Source: Nitrospirota bacterium (GTDB taxonomy: Bacteria > Nitrospirota > Nitrospiria > 2-01-FULL-66-17). From it: DNA of 64,000 bases. Every line of letters begins with the position of its first letter. Positions within the stretch are counted from its first letter, which is position 1. The notes beneath the pieces were generated by a model. The model worked only from the letters and a program-made list of their open reading frames with translations. It did no database searches and was not told the origin of the DNA. This document shows positions 10,253 to 20,176 of this stretch, one piece after another. Position numbers and translations under genes: made by a program. The stretch covers positions 181,852 through 245,851 of the forward strand of contig JBMOMC010000043.1 of assembly GCA_049325335.1 (NCBI GenBank). Direction: 5' to 3'.

Positions 10253-11727
10253 CGACCCGGATCGTCGGGACCGAGACCGAATTCGGCATCGCGATACGGC
10301 ACACTCCCGACGCGGATCCGGTCGCCGCGTCCATTTTCTTGGTCAACCATGCGCCGGGGGTCCCGGCGCCCTCGGCATTGTGGGACTATGAGAACGAAAA
10401 CCCGCTGGTTGACGCGCGCGGATTCGAAGTCGAGGGGGAAAAGGAACGCCCGGCCCCGGATTACAACCGCCTGTTAAACAAGCTGCTGGCCAACGGCGCG
10501 CGCCTTTACGTGGACGGGGCGCATCCCGAATATTCGACTCCGGAGTGCGCCAGTATCCGCGACGTGGTCCGGTACGAAAAAGCCGGAGAACGGACCCTGG
10601 AGGCCTGTCGCATCGCGGCCAACCGCGCGGCGGGCGAACCCCGTTTCGTGTTGTACAAGAACAACACCGACGGCAAGGGCAATAGTTACGGGTACCACGA
10701 GAATTACTTGGTGCCGCGATCGGTTCCCTTCGCCCTCCTGTCGTCCCGGTTGGTGCCGTTTTTTGTCACCCGGCAGATTTATGCGGGTGCGGGCAAGGTG
10801 GGAGCTGAGAACCGCGCCGCGCCCACCACGTATCAGATGTCGCAGCGGGCAGACTTTTTCGAAACCGTCGTGGACCTGAACACCATGGTCAAGCGGCCGA
10901 TCATGAATACGCGCGACGAACCCCATGCGGACAAGGCCAAGTATCGACGGCTGCACGTGATTGTCGGCGATTCCAACATGTCCGAGACCGCGACGTACCT
11001 AAAGGTCGGCGTTACCGCGCTCGTGTTGTCCATGATCGAACACGGGTATCTGGGCAAAGAACTCAACCTTGCCGATCCGGTCAAGGCGATCAAAGCGGTG
11101 TCGCGGGACCTCTCGCTTGCGCAGCCCCTAGAACTCGAAGACGGCAGACGGTGGACGGCGGTCCAAATCCAGGAGTATTATTTAGATGCGGCGCATCGTT
11201 TCTGCGCGGAACGGGGCGCGGACGCGGAAACAGCGGATATCCTGTCGCGCTGGGAGCGGGTGTTGCGGCTGTTGTCGACCGACCCCGGCCGGCTCGGTCG
11301 CGAGGTGGACTGGGTGATCAAACGGGATCTCCTGCAGGCGTATATGGATCGCAAGGGCTGCGGGTGGGATGATTCGCGGGTTAAACTCATGGACTTGCAG
11401 TATCACGACCTTCGGCCTGAGAAGGGGCTGTTTGCGGCGCTCGAGCGAGGGGGCTATGTGGACCGAATTGTTGACGACGAGACCGTAGCCGCGGCGATCA
11501 CGACGCCTCCCGAGGACACCCGGGCCTATTTCCGCGCGCGCTGTTTGCAGCGGTTTCCGGATCAGGTGTATGCAGCAAGTTGGGCGTCGGTGCTGCTCGA
11601 CGTGGGCCAATCCGCGGTGAAACGGATTCCGATCAATGAACCCGGCCGCGGCACGCGCGCGCTCATCGGCGCGTTGCTGGACGACGTTGAATCGGCCGAG
11701 GCCCTGGTCGCTCGTCTGAGCGCCTGA
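10249..11727 (+). CDS. dop: Pup deamidase/depupylase Dop
   Basis: GTETEFGI, Dop-loop [51 protein letters not shown]; lies between arc and pup. Confidence 0.92.
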   Translation: MTTRIVGTETEFGIAIRHTPDADPVAASIFLVNHAPGVPAPSALWDYENENPLVDARGFEVEGEKERPAPDYNRLLNKLLANGARLYVDGAHPEYSTPECASIRDVVRYEKAGERTLEACRIAANRAAGEPRFVLYKNNTDGKGNSYGYHENYLVPRSVPFALLSSRLVPFFVTRQIYAGAGKVGAENRAAPTTYQMSQRADFFETVVDLNTMVKRPIMNTRDEPHADKAKYRRLHVIVGDSNMSETATYLKVGVTALVLSMIEHGYLGKELNLADPVKAIKAVSRDLSLAQPLELEDGRRWTAVQIQEYYLDAAHRFCAERGADAETADILSRWERVLRLLSTDPGRLGREVDWVIKRDLLQAYMDRKGCGWDDSRVKLMDLQYHDLRPEKGLFAALERGGYVDRIVDDETVAAAITTPPEDTRAYFRARCLQRFPDQVYAASWASVLLDVGQSAVKRIPINEPGRGTRALIGALLDDVESAEALVARLSA

Positions 11728-11771
11728 CGCCTGGAACGGGTGAGTCGGCAACGGTAAGGGGGTGATCATCT

Positions 11772-11969
11772 ATGTCGCAGGACAAAAAACGTGACATCAA
11801 GAAGGTGGGCAAGCGCGACGAAACCGCCGCGTCACCCAATGCCGAGGTCGTCGAAAAGGGCAAGCAAATGAAGGAAAACATCGACAAGCTGCTCGACGAA
11901 ATCGACTCGGTGTTGGAAGAAAACGCCGAGGAATTCGTCAAGAACTATGTCCAGAAGGGGGGCCAGTGA
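11772..11969 (+). CDS. pup: Prokaryotic ubiquitin-like protein Pup (C-terminal GGQ)
   Basis: DKLLDEIDSVLEENAEEFVKNYVQKGGQ; strong SD AAGGGGGTGA. Confidence 0.95.
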   Translation: MSQDKKRDIKKVGKRDETAASPNAEVVEKGKQMKENIDKLLDEIDSVLEENAEEFVKNYVQKGGQ

Positions 11970-11972
11970 TCC

Positions 11973-12791
11973 GTGGACGGTGACCGTGGGGCGTCCGGGA
12001 TGAACGCGCTCGGTGCGAGTTTTTACGATTTGCTCCGCTCGCAATACGCCTATCTGGGGCCGCAGTATCCGATCGACGGGGCCCCGTCATCGCTCGCGGG
12101 CCCTTCCTTGGCCGCGTCGCTCCCGCACGGGACCACCGTGCTCGCGCTTCGTTACGCGGATGGCGTGGTGGTGGCCGGCGATCGACGGGCGACCGAGGGA
12201 TACCAGATTTCAGGGCGGCGCATCGAGAAGGTCTTCAAGGTCGATGAGTGGTCGGCCATGGCGATTTCCGGCGCGGCCGGACCGTGTATCGAAATGGCGC
12301 GTCTGTTCCAGACCGAACTGGAGCACTACGAAAAAATCGAGGGCACCACGCTGTCCGTGGATGGGAAGGCCAATAAACTCGCGCAGATGGTCAAGGGAAA
12401 CCTCCCGGCCGCGTTCCAGGGGTTGGTCGTGATCCCGTTATTCGTGGGATTCGATCACAGAAAAAGCGTGGGACGCATCTTCAAATACGACGTGGCGGGC
12501 GGGCGCTACGAAGAGACGGATTATCACGCCACCGGATCGGGCGGGAAGGACGCGCGGACCACGATCAAGCAGTATTTTAAGAGCGGCCTGAATGAACAGG
12601 ACGCCTTGGGGCTCGCGTTGGAAGCCCTCTTTAACGCCGGGGAGGAAGACGTGGCCACGGGTTCTCCGGACCCGACGCGCGGCATTTTCCCGACCGTGAA
12701 ATTGGCGACGGCGCAAGGGGTCAGCGACGTGGGATCGGACCGAATCGAACCCGTGTACGCGGCGTTTCTTGAGAAGCGACGGGAGCGGTAA
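11973..12791 (+). CDS. prcB: 20S proteasome beta subunit with propeptide; alternative start at 12000
   Basis: PHG|TTVLAL autocleavage site, AGDRRAT, GSGG. Confidence 0.95.
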   Translation: MDGDRGASGMNALGASFYDLLRSQYAYLGPQYPIDGAPSSLAGPSLAASLPHGTTVLALRYADGVVVAGDRRATEGYQISGRRIEKVFKVDEWSAMAISGAAGPCIEMARLFQTELEHYEKIEGTTLSVDGKANKLAQMVKGNLPAAFQGLVVIPLFVGFDHRKSVGRIFKYDVAGGRYEETDYHATGSGGKDARTTIKQYFKSGLNEQDALGLALEALFNAGEEDVATGSPDPTRGIFPTVKLATAQGVSDVGSDRIEPVYAAFLEKRRER

Positions 12792-12794
12792 GTA

Positions 12795-13472
12795 ATGGCG
12801 CTGCCTTACTACGTGTCACCCGAACTGATCATGCAGGACAAGGCCGAGTACGCCAAAAAGGGCATCGCCCGGGGCCGCTCGACCGTGGTCATGGAATTTG
12901 AACACGGGTTGGTGTTGATGGCGGACAACCCCAGTGTCTCGCTCAACAAGATTTCCGAGGTCTACGACCACATCGCGTTCGCGGGCGCGGGTAAATACAG
13001 CGAATTTGAAAATCTGCGCAAGGCCGGCATTCGGCACGCGGACATGAAAGGGTACCTCTACAGCCGCGAGGACGTGACCACCAAGTCGCTGGCGAACGCG
13101 TATTCGCAAACGTTGGGCACGGTGTTCAGCCAGGAGATCAAACCCCTGGAAGTCGAATTGTTGGTCGCGGGGCTCGGCGAAGGCTCGGCCACCGAGGTCT
13201 ATCGGATTTCGTTCGACGGCAGTATTTTCGACGAGCGGCTGGTCGCCGTGGTCGGCGGGCGATCCGAAGCGATCCTCTCCTATCTGAAACAACACGTGGA
13301 CGGCCCGCGTCCGTTGGGCGCGGCCCTGCAAGTGGGCCTGGACGCGTTGGAGAGCGTCGGACACCAAGGGCTGCGACTGGCCCAACTGGAGGTGGCGGTG
13401 TTGGATCGCCGACGTACGGGACGCAAGTTCCGCCGTCTTCCCTCAGCCGAATTAACGGCCTTGACCGGGTGA
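12795..13472 (+). CDS. prcA: 20S proteasome alpha subunit
   Basis: PYYVSPE..MQDKAEYAKKGIARGRS, KISEVYD, EVAVLDR. Confidence 0.95.
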   Translation: MALPYYVSPELIMQDKAEYAKKGIARGRSTVVMEFEHGLVLMADNPSVSLNKISEVYDHIAFAGAGKYSEFENLRKAGIRHADMKGYLYSREDVTTKSLANAYSQTLGTVFSQEIKPLEVELLVAGLGEGSATEVYRISFDGSIFDERLVAVVGGRSEAILSYLKQHVDGPRPLGAALQVGLDALESVGHQGLRLAQLEVAVLDRRRTGRKFRRLPSAELTALTG

Positions 13473-13481
13473 CCCGCCGTG

Positions 13482-14858
13482 ATGCCCCCTCGGATCTTCG
13501 GGCTCGAAAGTGAATTCGGCCTGATCTTTTCCCCCAACGGCCGCGTGTACCTCCCGATGGAAAAAATCCTCGGGTACATCTTCGAGGGGTTGATTCCGAA
13601 CAGTTGGCCGTCCAACGCGTTTTTGTGCAACGGCGCGCGGTTTTATCAGGATACCGGCTGCCATCCCGAGTATTCCACTCCGGAGTGTGATCGTCTCCGC
13701 GATCTGGTCGTGCACGACAAGGCCGGAGAACGCCTGTTGGAGACGTGCCTGCCGATGGCGGAGAAACGCCTGCGCGAGGAAGGGTTGGTCGGCGACATCT
13801 ATATTTTCAAGAACAACACCGACTCGATGGGGAATACGTATGGGTGCCACGAAAACTACCTGATGAAGCGCGACCTGGATTTCTGGAAGGTCACCGAACA
13901 GATCATTCCGTTTTTCGTCACCCGCCAGGTCTACGCGGGCGCGGGCAAAGTCCTTAAAGTGTCGGGGCGGACGCATTTCTTCCTCTCGCAGCGGGCCCAG
14001 CACATCCACGAAAAAACTTCGTCGTCGACGACCTCCTCGCGCAGCATCATCAACACGCGCGACGAACCGCACGCCGACGCGGAAAAATACCGACGGCTGC
14101 ACATCATCGTCGGGGATTCCAACATGTCGGAATACTCGACGTATTTAAAGGTCGGCGCCACCGCCCTGGTGTTGTCCATGATCGAGGAAGGGTATACGGT
14201 CAAGGGCATGGAGTTGGAAGATCCGGTGAAAGCCATCCGGGATATTTCGCGCGATCCGCAACTCAAGAAACGGGTCCGCTTGGAAGACGGGCGAGAGTTG
14301 ACCGCGCTCGAAATTCAAATGGCGTATTGGGAACGCGCGCAAGCCTATGTGGCGGCGATGGGCTCGTCCGCGGACGACACCACCAAAGAACTCGTGGACT
14401 ACTGGGGCTCGGTGTTGGAGCGGTTGGCCGAGAACCCCATGCAATTGGCGTCCGAGCTGGATTGGGTCATCAAGAAGCATTTGATGGAGTCGTTCATCGA
14501 CCGCAAAAAATGCGGGTGGGACGATCCGAGAGTGGCGCTCATGGACCTGCAGTACCACGACGTGAAACGGGATCGCGGCTTGTATTACCTCCTGGAGCGG
14601 CAGGGTCTGGTCGAACGCGTGACGACCGAGCAGGACATTCAACAGGCCATGATCACGCCGCCCCAAACCACGCGCGCCAGGGTCCGGGGAGATTTCATCA
14701 AGTTCGCCAAAGATAAGAACCGTTCGTACACCGTGGACTGGACCTACCTGAAGTTAAACGGGTATTGGGAGGAAACGATCCTCTGCATGGACCCGTTCGC
14801 CAATTCCAATAAACGCGTTGACGAACTCATTGCCGGTGTGGCCGCGACACACCGCTGA
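13482..14858 (+). CDS. pafA: Pup-protein ligase PafA
   Basis: [67 protein letters not shown]. Confidence 0.92.
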   Translation: MPPRIFGLESEFGLIFSPNGRVYLPMEKILGYIFEGLIPNSWPSNAFLCNGARFYQDTGCHPEYSTPECDRLRDLVVHDKAGERLLETCLPMAEKRLREEGLVGDIYIFKNNTDSMGNTYGCHENYLMKRDLDFWKVTEQIIPFFVTRQVYAGAGKVLKVSGRTHFFLSQRAQHIHEKTSSSTTSSRSIINTRDEPHADAEKYRRLHIIVGDSNMSEYSTYLKVGATALVLSMIEEGYTVKGMELEDPVKAIRDISRDPQLKKRVRLEDGRELTALEIQMAYWERAQAYVAAMGSSADDTTKELVDYWGSVLERLAENPMQLASELDWVIKKHLMESFIDRKKCGWDDPRVALMDLQYHDVKRDRGLYYLLERQGLVERVTTEQDIQQAMITPPQTTRARVRGDFIKFAKDKNRSYTVDWTYLKLNGYWEETILCMDPFANSNKRVDELIAGVAATHR

Positions 14859-15765
14859 TCCACGCCGTCGCGCGATCCCAGGGTTCATGGCGGTGGTCGT
14901 CGCGGCCGCGATGCTGGGCCCGGCGAGTACCGCGTGGACCACGGGGTCCGCAGCGTCCTGGACCGCCACGGCCAAACAGGGCGACGTGTTTTCGCTCACG
15001 TTCAGCCCGGCCGACGCCGCCGGCGCCTCGAGTCCGGATGGTTTGGTGGTGCGGTTCAGGGACCGCGAGTGGCCGGTGTTTGCGACCGCCACCGGATTCG
15101 GCGCGCTCGTCGGAGTAGACATGGAGGCTGACGCGGGCGCGTATCCCGCGGCGTTGGAGCAACGGGCCGAGCAGGGGCCGGTGGTCTTGGCGCACGGCAC
15201 GGTGATGGTGGAGCCAGGGGACTTTGGCATTCAAACCCTCACCTTACCCGACAAACAGGTTGACCTCGATCCTCCCACCATCCGCCGGGTCGAAGATGAC
15301 CAGCGTGTGATGCTGGCCGCGATGCAGGACGTGACGCCGCGGTTGTGGGACGGGACCTTTGTGCTCCCCAGCGAAGGGCCGCTGCAGCACACCTTTGGCC
15401 GCCGCCGCGTCATCAACGGCCAGCCGAGAAAGCCGCACTCGGGGGAAGACATTACGGCGCCCGCCGGGGCCCCGGTCGCGGCCATCAACCACGGAGTGGT
15501 CCGGTTAGTCGGCGACCAATTTTTCAGCGGCAAGTGCATCGTGGTGGATCACGGCCACGGATTATATTCGATGTACTTTCATCTATCCGAAACCGCCGTG
15601 CGGGTCGGCGATCGCGTCGCGAAAAACCAAGTCATCGGGAAAGTCGGCGCCACCGGCCGGGTGTCCGGTCCACACCTGCATTGGGGCGTGCGTTTAAACG
15701 GCGCGCGCGTCAACCCCCTCTCGCTCAATCCCGCGCTCAACGCCCTGGTGACCGTGTCGAAGTAG
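14836..15765 (+). CDS. M23 family metallopeptidase, secreted (start uncertain, 14818-14887)
   Basis: HSGED, HxxG.YS.YFHLS, GATGRVSGPHLHW; hydrophobic N-terminus. Confidence 0.88.
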   Translation: MWPRHTADPRRRAIPGFMAVVVAAAMLGPASTAWTTGSAASWTATAKQGDVFSLTFSPADAAGASSPDGLVVRFRDREWPVFATATGFGALVGVDMEADAGAYPAALEQRAEQGPVVLAHGTVMVEPGDFGIQTLTLPDKQVDLDPPTIRRVEDDQRVMLAAMQDVTPRLWDGTFVLPSEGPLQHTFGRRRVINGQPRKPHSGEDITAPAGAPVAAINHGVVRLVGDQFFSGKCIVVDHGHGLYSMYFHLSETAVRVGDRVAKNQVIGKVGATGRVSGPHLHWGVRLNGARVNPLSLNPALNALVTVSK

Positions 15766-15873
15766 GTTCCCCCGGCCGAACGTTCCACGAACGGGGGTCA
15801 GAGTGCTTTTTCTGGTTGACACCGGTCCTCCTCTCCCTTAAAGGGGGTATCGACCGGTCGAACAAGGAGGCAG

Positions 15874-16227
15874 ATGGCCGATCAAGACCGACTGACGCCA
15901 GGGCCTTCCCTGCGAGACGAAGTAAGACGTTCATTCCCGTCTCTCTTTGAGCAGATGGGTTTTCATTTTATAGATATCGGCGACGACTATTTCGGTAACA
16001 TTGCTATAGCCCGATCAAAGAATTTACTGTTGCGATTTATTAGGGATCGGGCAGATTTCTTCCTAGATATTGGTACCCCGTCTTTGCCTAACCGGTGGAT
16101 CCCGTTTTATAGAGTGTTGGATAAGTTGAAACAGAGCAACGTGATAACGGCGGAGTTCAAATACTCTAACAAGATGAATGTGGTGAGTAAACTGTTGCGG
16201 GAGTATCTCCCGTTTGTTGAGTGTTGA
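15874..16227 (+). CDS. Hypothetical protein, AT-rich relative to its neighbours
   Basis: AAGGAGG SD and ATG; 117 aa; atypical codon usage; no recognised motif. Confidence 0.6.
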   Translation: MADQDRLTPGPSLRDEVRRSFPSLFEQMGFHFIDIGDDYFGNIAIARSKNLLLRFIRDRADFFLDIGTPSLPNRWIPFYRVLDKLKQSNVITAEFKYSNKMNVVSKLLREYLPFVEC

Positions 16228-16325
16228 GAGCGGCATGCGGGAGATTGGCAATGAGCATGAGGGGAACTAAGCCCCGTCGGGGACGTTGTTTTAAGATTCA
16301 GAGTTGCGCCCGACAGAAATCGGTT

Positions 16326-16712
16326 CTATTGTTCTGACGAATAGAAACTCAGCCGCGGGATGTGTTGGAAGTGACGGTCGCGGCTATAGACCCGGCAGTC
16401 GTGTTCCAGCGCGACGGCGGCGATCATGAGGTCGGGGATCGGTACCGTGAGGCCTCGGCGAAGCAGGTCTGATGAGAGGTCGCCGGTTCGAATCCAGGTC
16501 GTTTGGGTGAGTTCAATGTAGGGAAGCGCCAGCATGGCCTCCGTGACCTCGTGACGGTCCTTTGGGGTGCGGCAACCCTGCAGGAGTTCGGCGAGGACCA
16601 CGCCGATCAGCACGGCCTCGTCGCCGTCGATCAAGAGATCGAGGGTGCGTTTTTCGACGGACTGCGGGCGATTGAAGAACTCGATCCAGACCGACGTGTC
16701 AGCGATGACCAC
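16326..16712 (-). CDS. vapC: VapC PIN-domain toxin
   Basis: IADTSVWI, ELLQG, DLMIAAVAL, SRDRHF acidic PIN motifs. Confidence 0.9.
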   Translation of the reverse strand: MVIADTSVWIEFFNRPQSVEKRTLDLLIDGDEAVLIGVVLAELLQGCRTPKDRHEVTEAMLALPYIELTQTTWIRTGDLSSDLLRRGLTVPIPDLMIAAVALEHDCRVYSRDRHFQHIPRLSFYSSEQ

Positions 16713-16938
16713 GCCACCGTCTCGTCACTCGTTTTTGGCGAGCCGTCTCGACCCGCTCTCGCTTGGCCCAATCCACGTTGATCAGAATTTTGCCGCTGAG
16801 GGATTTGAGCTTGTCGAGCTTGCGGCGGCGGATCAGCTCGGCGGCAGCCAGATGAATCGCTTCGGTTTTACTCCGCGCGTCGGTCGCTTTCAGGAGTTCC
16901 TTGATGAGGTCTTCGTCCAGATCGAGCGTGGTGCGCAT
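16699..16938 (-). CDS. vapB: VapB-family antitoxin
   Basis: MRTTLDLDEDL...SKTEAI RHH-like N-terminus; overlaps vapC. Confidence 0.85.
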   Translation of the reverse strand: MRTTLDLDEDLIKELLKATDARSKTEAIHLAAAELIRRRKLDKLKSLSGKILINVDWAKRERVETARQKRVTRRWRGHR

Positions 16939-16965
16939 GGTGGCCTCCCGTCAATCTGCGTTAAT

Positions 16966-16988
16966 TATATGCATCACCAATGCATATA
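16966..16988. promoter_or_regulatory. Palindromic operator upstream of vapBC
   Basis: Perfect inverted repeat TATATGCAT-CACCA-ATGCATATA. Confidence 0.6.
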
Positions 16989-17064
16989 TCAACTGGCGCT
17001 CTCCAGCACGACGTACACAGGGGAAGCCGTGAGCGATAAACGTCATCTTGACCCCATGTACGTG

Positions 17065-17115
17065 CCGCTCTCGCTCAACAACGCCCTCAACGGGCTAGTT
17101 ACCGCCTCCCGGTAC
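17065..17115 (+). repeat. Degenerate copy of the last 17 codons of the M23 gene (15715-15765)
   Basis: Translates as PLSLNNALNGLVTASRY versus PLSLNPALNALVTVSK*. Confidence 0.7.
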
Positions 17116-17199
17116 GTCCGCGCGCCGCGTTCTTGTCGGATTCCGTCCCGCCCACTATACTGAGACAAGGCTTTGTGTGGGAGTCTCGTGGAGAAGGCG

Positions 17200-17766
17200 A
17201 TGGATTCTTCGTCGCGTATCGGTCCTCATCATCCGTTGCGGCGGTTTTTCAGCGTCCTCACGGAACGCAGTTTTTATGAACAATTGGGATGGCCCGACCA
17301 TCGCGTCATCCGCTACGTGGCGGATCTCCTCGCGGACTTCTCCGACGTGGACCGCGCGTACGTGTTGCGGGACGGATCAGGGCAGCGGCGCGCTCGCGTG
17401 GCGGACATGTTGCTGGCGGTGGAAACCGGCGCGGCGGGCGTGCCGGAGCGCGACGCGTACCGGCAACTTGGGGACTTTACGCTGTTTATGATGGGGCTGT
17501 TTCCCGAGCACCTGGCGCGCCTCAAGACGCAGGCGATCTCGCCCGGTTCCGACTTTTTGCTCGACTACGTGAAGGTGGGGAAACGTTCGTACCGCATCGT
17601 GTCGGAGCTGCCCGACGAGGGCGAGAACGAAGACAGCTCGCCGCTGTTTCGCAAGTTGTCCGAGCATTTTGAGTTGTGCGTGGCCGGACTGGGGTGGGTC
17701 CGCGAGGATCTGCGGTCCACCCGGTCATCGTCGTTGGAGCGTTTTCGGGACCGGTTTCTGAACTGA
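17200..17766 (+). CDS. Conserved-looking hypothetical helical protein
   Basis: Typical codon usage; motif-like GDFTLFMMGLFPE and DYVKVGKRSY. Confidence 0.7.
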   Translation: MDSSSRIGPHHPLRRFFSVLTERSFYEQLGWPDHRVIRYVADLLADFSDVDRAYVLRDGSGQRRARVADMLLAVETGAAGVPERDAYRQLGDFTLFMMGLFPEHLARLKTQAISPGSDFLLDYVKVGKRSYRIVSELPDEGENEDSSPLFRKLSEHFELCVAGLGWVREDLRSTRSSSLERFRDRFLN

Positions 17767-17771
17767 TGGGC

Positions 17772-18473
17772 CTACAGCAGATTATCGTGGATTTCAACGT
17801 CCGCCTGCTGGCGGACCTGGGCGATGTACGCGCGGAGCGCCCGCTCCTGCTTTTGCGGCAACGGCGACGGCAACATGGCGTCGGAAATGGGACCGGGGTT
17901 TTGCGCGGCCTGGCGCGCGCGGGTTTCGCCCCATTCGGCTTCGGACACCGCGGTGGATTCCGCCACCACCGCCTTCACCTTGGCGATCAACAGGTCCTCG
18001 CGTTGCGAGGCTTCAAACGCTTCGGGGGTCAAACGGTTGGCGGCCAACACGCGGCGGTATGCCTCGGCGTCGAATCGACCGGTGCGCTCGTTCTGAAACG
18101 TGGTGATGGCGGCGATGCTTTTGGCCAGCTCGCCGTCCGTGACGGTGACGCCCATCCGTCGGGCGGTATCGAGCCACAGTTCACGCTCCACCAGCGAGTT
18201 GACCGCGAGGTGTTTGAGGTCGAGTTGCTTGGCTAGTTCGGGGGTAAATTGTTCTTTCAGCGCGTCCCGGTAGGCCCGTTCGTAGTTACGGTAGGCCCGT
18301 TCGTATTCGTCCAGCGTGAAGGAGCGCTCGCCGACGCGGGCGATCACTTGCCGCTCGTCGTCGCTGAATCCCCACCATCCCATGGTGATGACGAAGGTGA
18401 CGGCGATAATCAGCATGATAATACGGTAGATCCACGGGTTTTCAATGGCGCCGTGGCGCAGCAGTTTAATCAT
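17772..18473 (-). CDS. SurA N-terminal domain (PpiD-like) membrane-anchored periplasmic chaperone
   Basis: N-terminal TM helix, IARVG, LVERELWLD.ARRMGVTVTD.EL, F...GRFD..AY; no PPIase domain. Confidence 0.8.
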   Translation of the reverse strand: MIKLLRHGAIENPWIYRIIMLIIAVTFVITMGWWGFSDDERQVIARVGERSFTLDEYERAYRNYERAYRDALKEQFTPELAKQLDLKHLAVNSLVERELWLDTARRMGVTVTDGELAKSIAAITTFQNERTGRFDAEAYRRVLAANRLTPEAFEASQREDLLIAKVKAVVAESTAVSEAEWGETRARQAAQNPGPISDAMLPSPLPQKQERALRAYIAQVRQQADVEIHDNLL

Positions 18474-18556
18474 GGCTTCCCCCGTTCAGTACGACACGCT
18501 CCACACTATAGGCGATCTCGGCCCGCGCGCGCAACTGGTCTCCACGGACGCGGGAC

Positions 18557-18586
18557 TTGCGCGTTCACCGGGGGCTCCCCTATAAT
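18557..18586 (+). promoter_or_regulatory. Probable promoter for the RDD-mre operon
   Basis: TTGCGC-18 nt-TATAAT. Confidence 0.45.
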
Positions 18587-18651
18587 GCAGGCGGTTGGAG
18601 TGGTCCCATCGTCTGATCGCCCAGCGGGTAGTGGGTGGTCGGCTTCTCCGC

Positions 18652-19110
18652 ATGGACGCGGTCCCACACACGTCATCCGAGCCGTCGGCCGACCACCTCA
18701 CGCGGTGGGTGGCCAAATTGATCGATCTCTTGGTCGCGGCGGCGATGGATCGGCTGATTCCCTCGGTCGGGTTCTTCGTGGCCGTGACGTATTTGTTGAT
18801 CGCCGATGCGTTGCGTCCGTGGGGGAGCGCGGGCAAATCTCTGCTCGGCATGGCGGTGCGAGGCCCGGAGGGGCGCGAGTGCGGGGTGCGCGAGTCCATC
18901 CTACGCAATTGGGTGGTGGCGATGCCGTTTGCGGTCTGGGCCGTGTGTCAGCGCGGGGGGTGGCTGGCCGGCATCGTGGGGTGGATCGGGTTGGTCGCGG
19001 CGCTGGGGGCGGAGGGCGTGCTGCTGGTGGGGAATCCGCAGGGGCGACGACTGGGAGATGAACTGGCGGACACGCGGGTGGTGCAACTGCGCGTGACGCG
19101 CAACGCGTAG
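18652..19110 (+). CDS. RDD family membrane protein
   Basis: R..AKLID, S.GK.LLG..V, RN, GRRLGD.LADTRVV. Confidence 0.85.
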   Translation: MDAVPHTSSEPSADHLTRWVAKLIDLLVAAAMDRLIPSVGFFVAVTYLLIADALRPWGSAGKSLLGMAVRGPEGRECGVRESILRNWVVAMPFAVWAVCQRGGWLAGIVGWIGLVAALGAEGVLLVGNPQGRRLGDELADTRVVQLRVTRNA

Positions 19111-20163
<1,053 letters not shown>

Positions 20164-20176
20164 CGAACGGCGCGAC

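Noticed and set aside
11772..11969. Possibility that the small modifier is UBact
   Set aside because: It has the Pup signature LLDEID..LE.NAEEFV..YVQKGGQ and not the UBact R(T/S)G(E/Q) ending.
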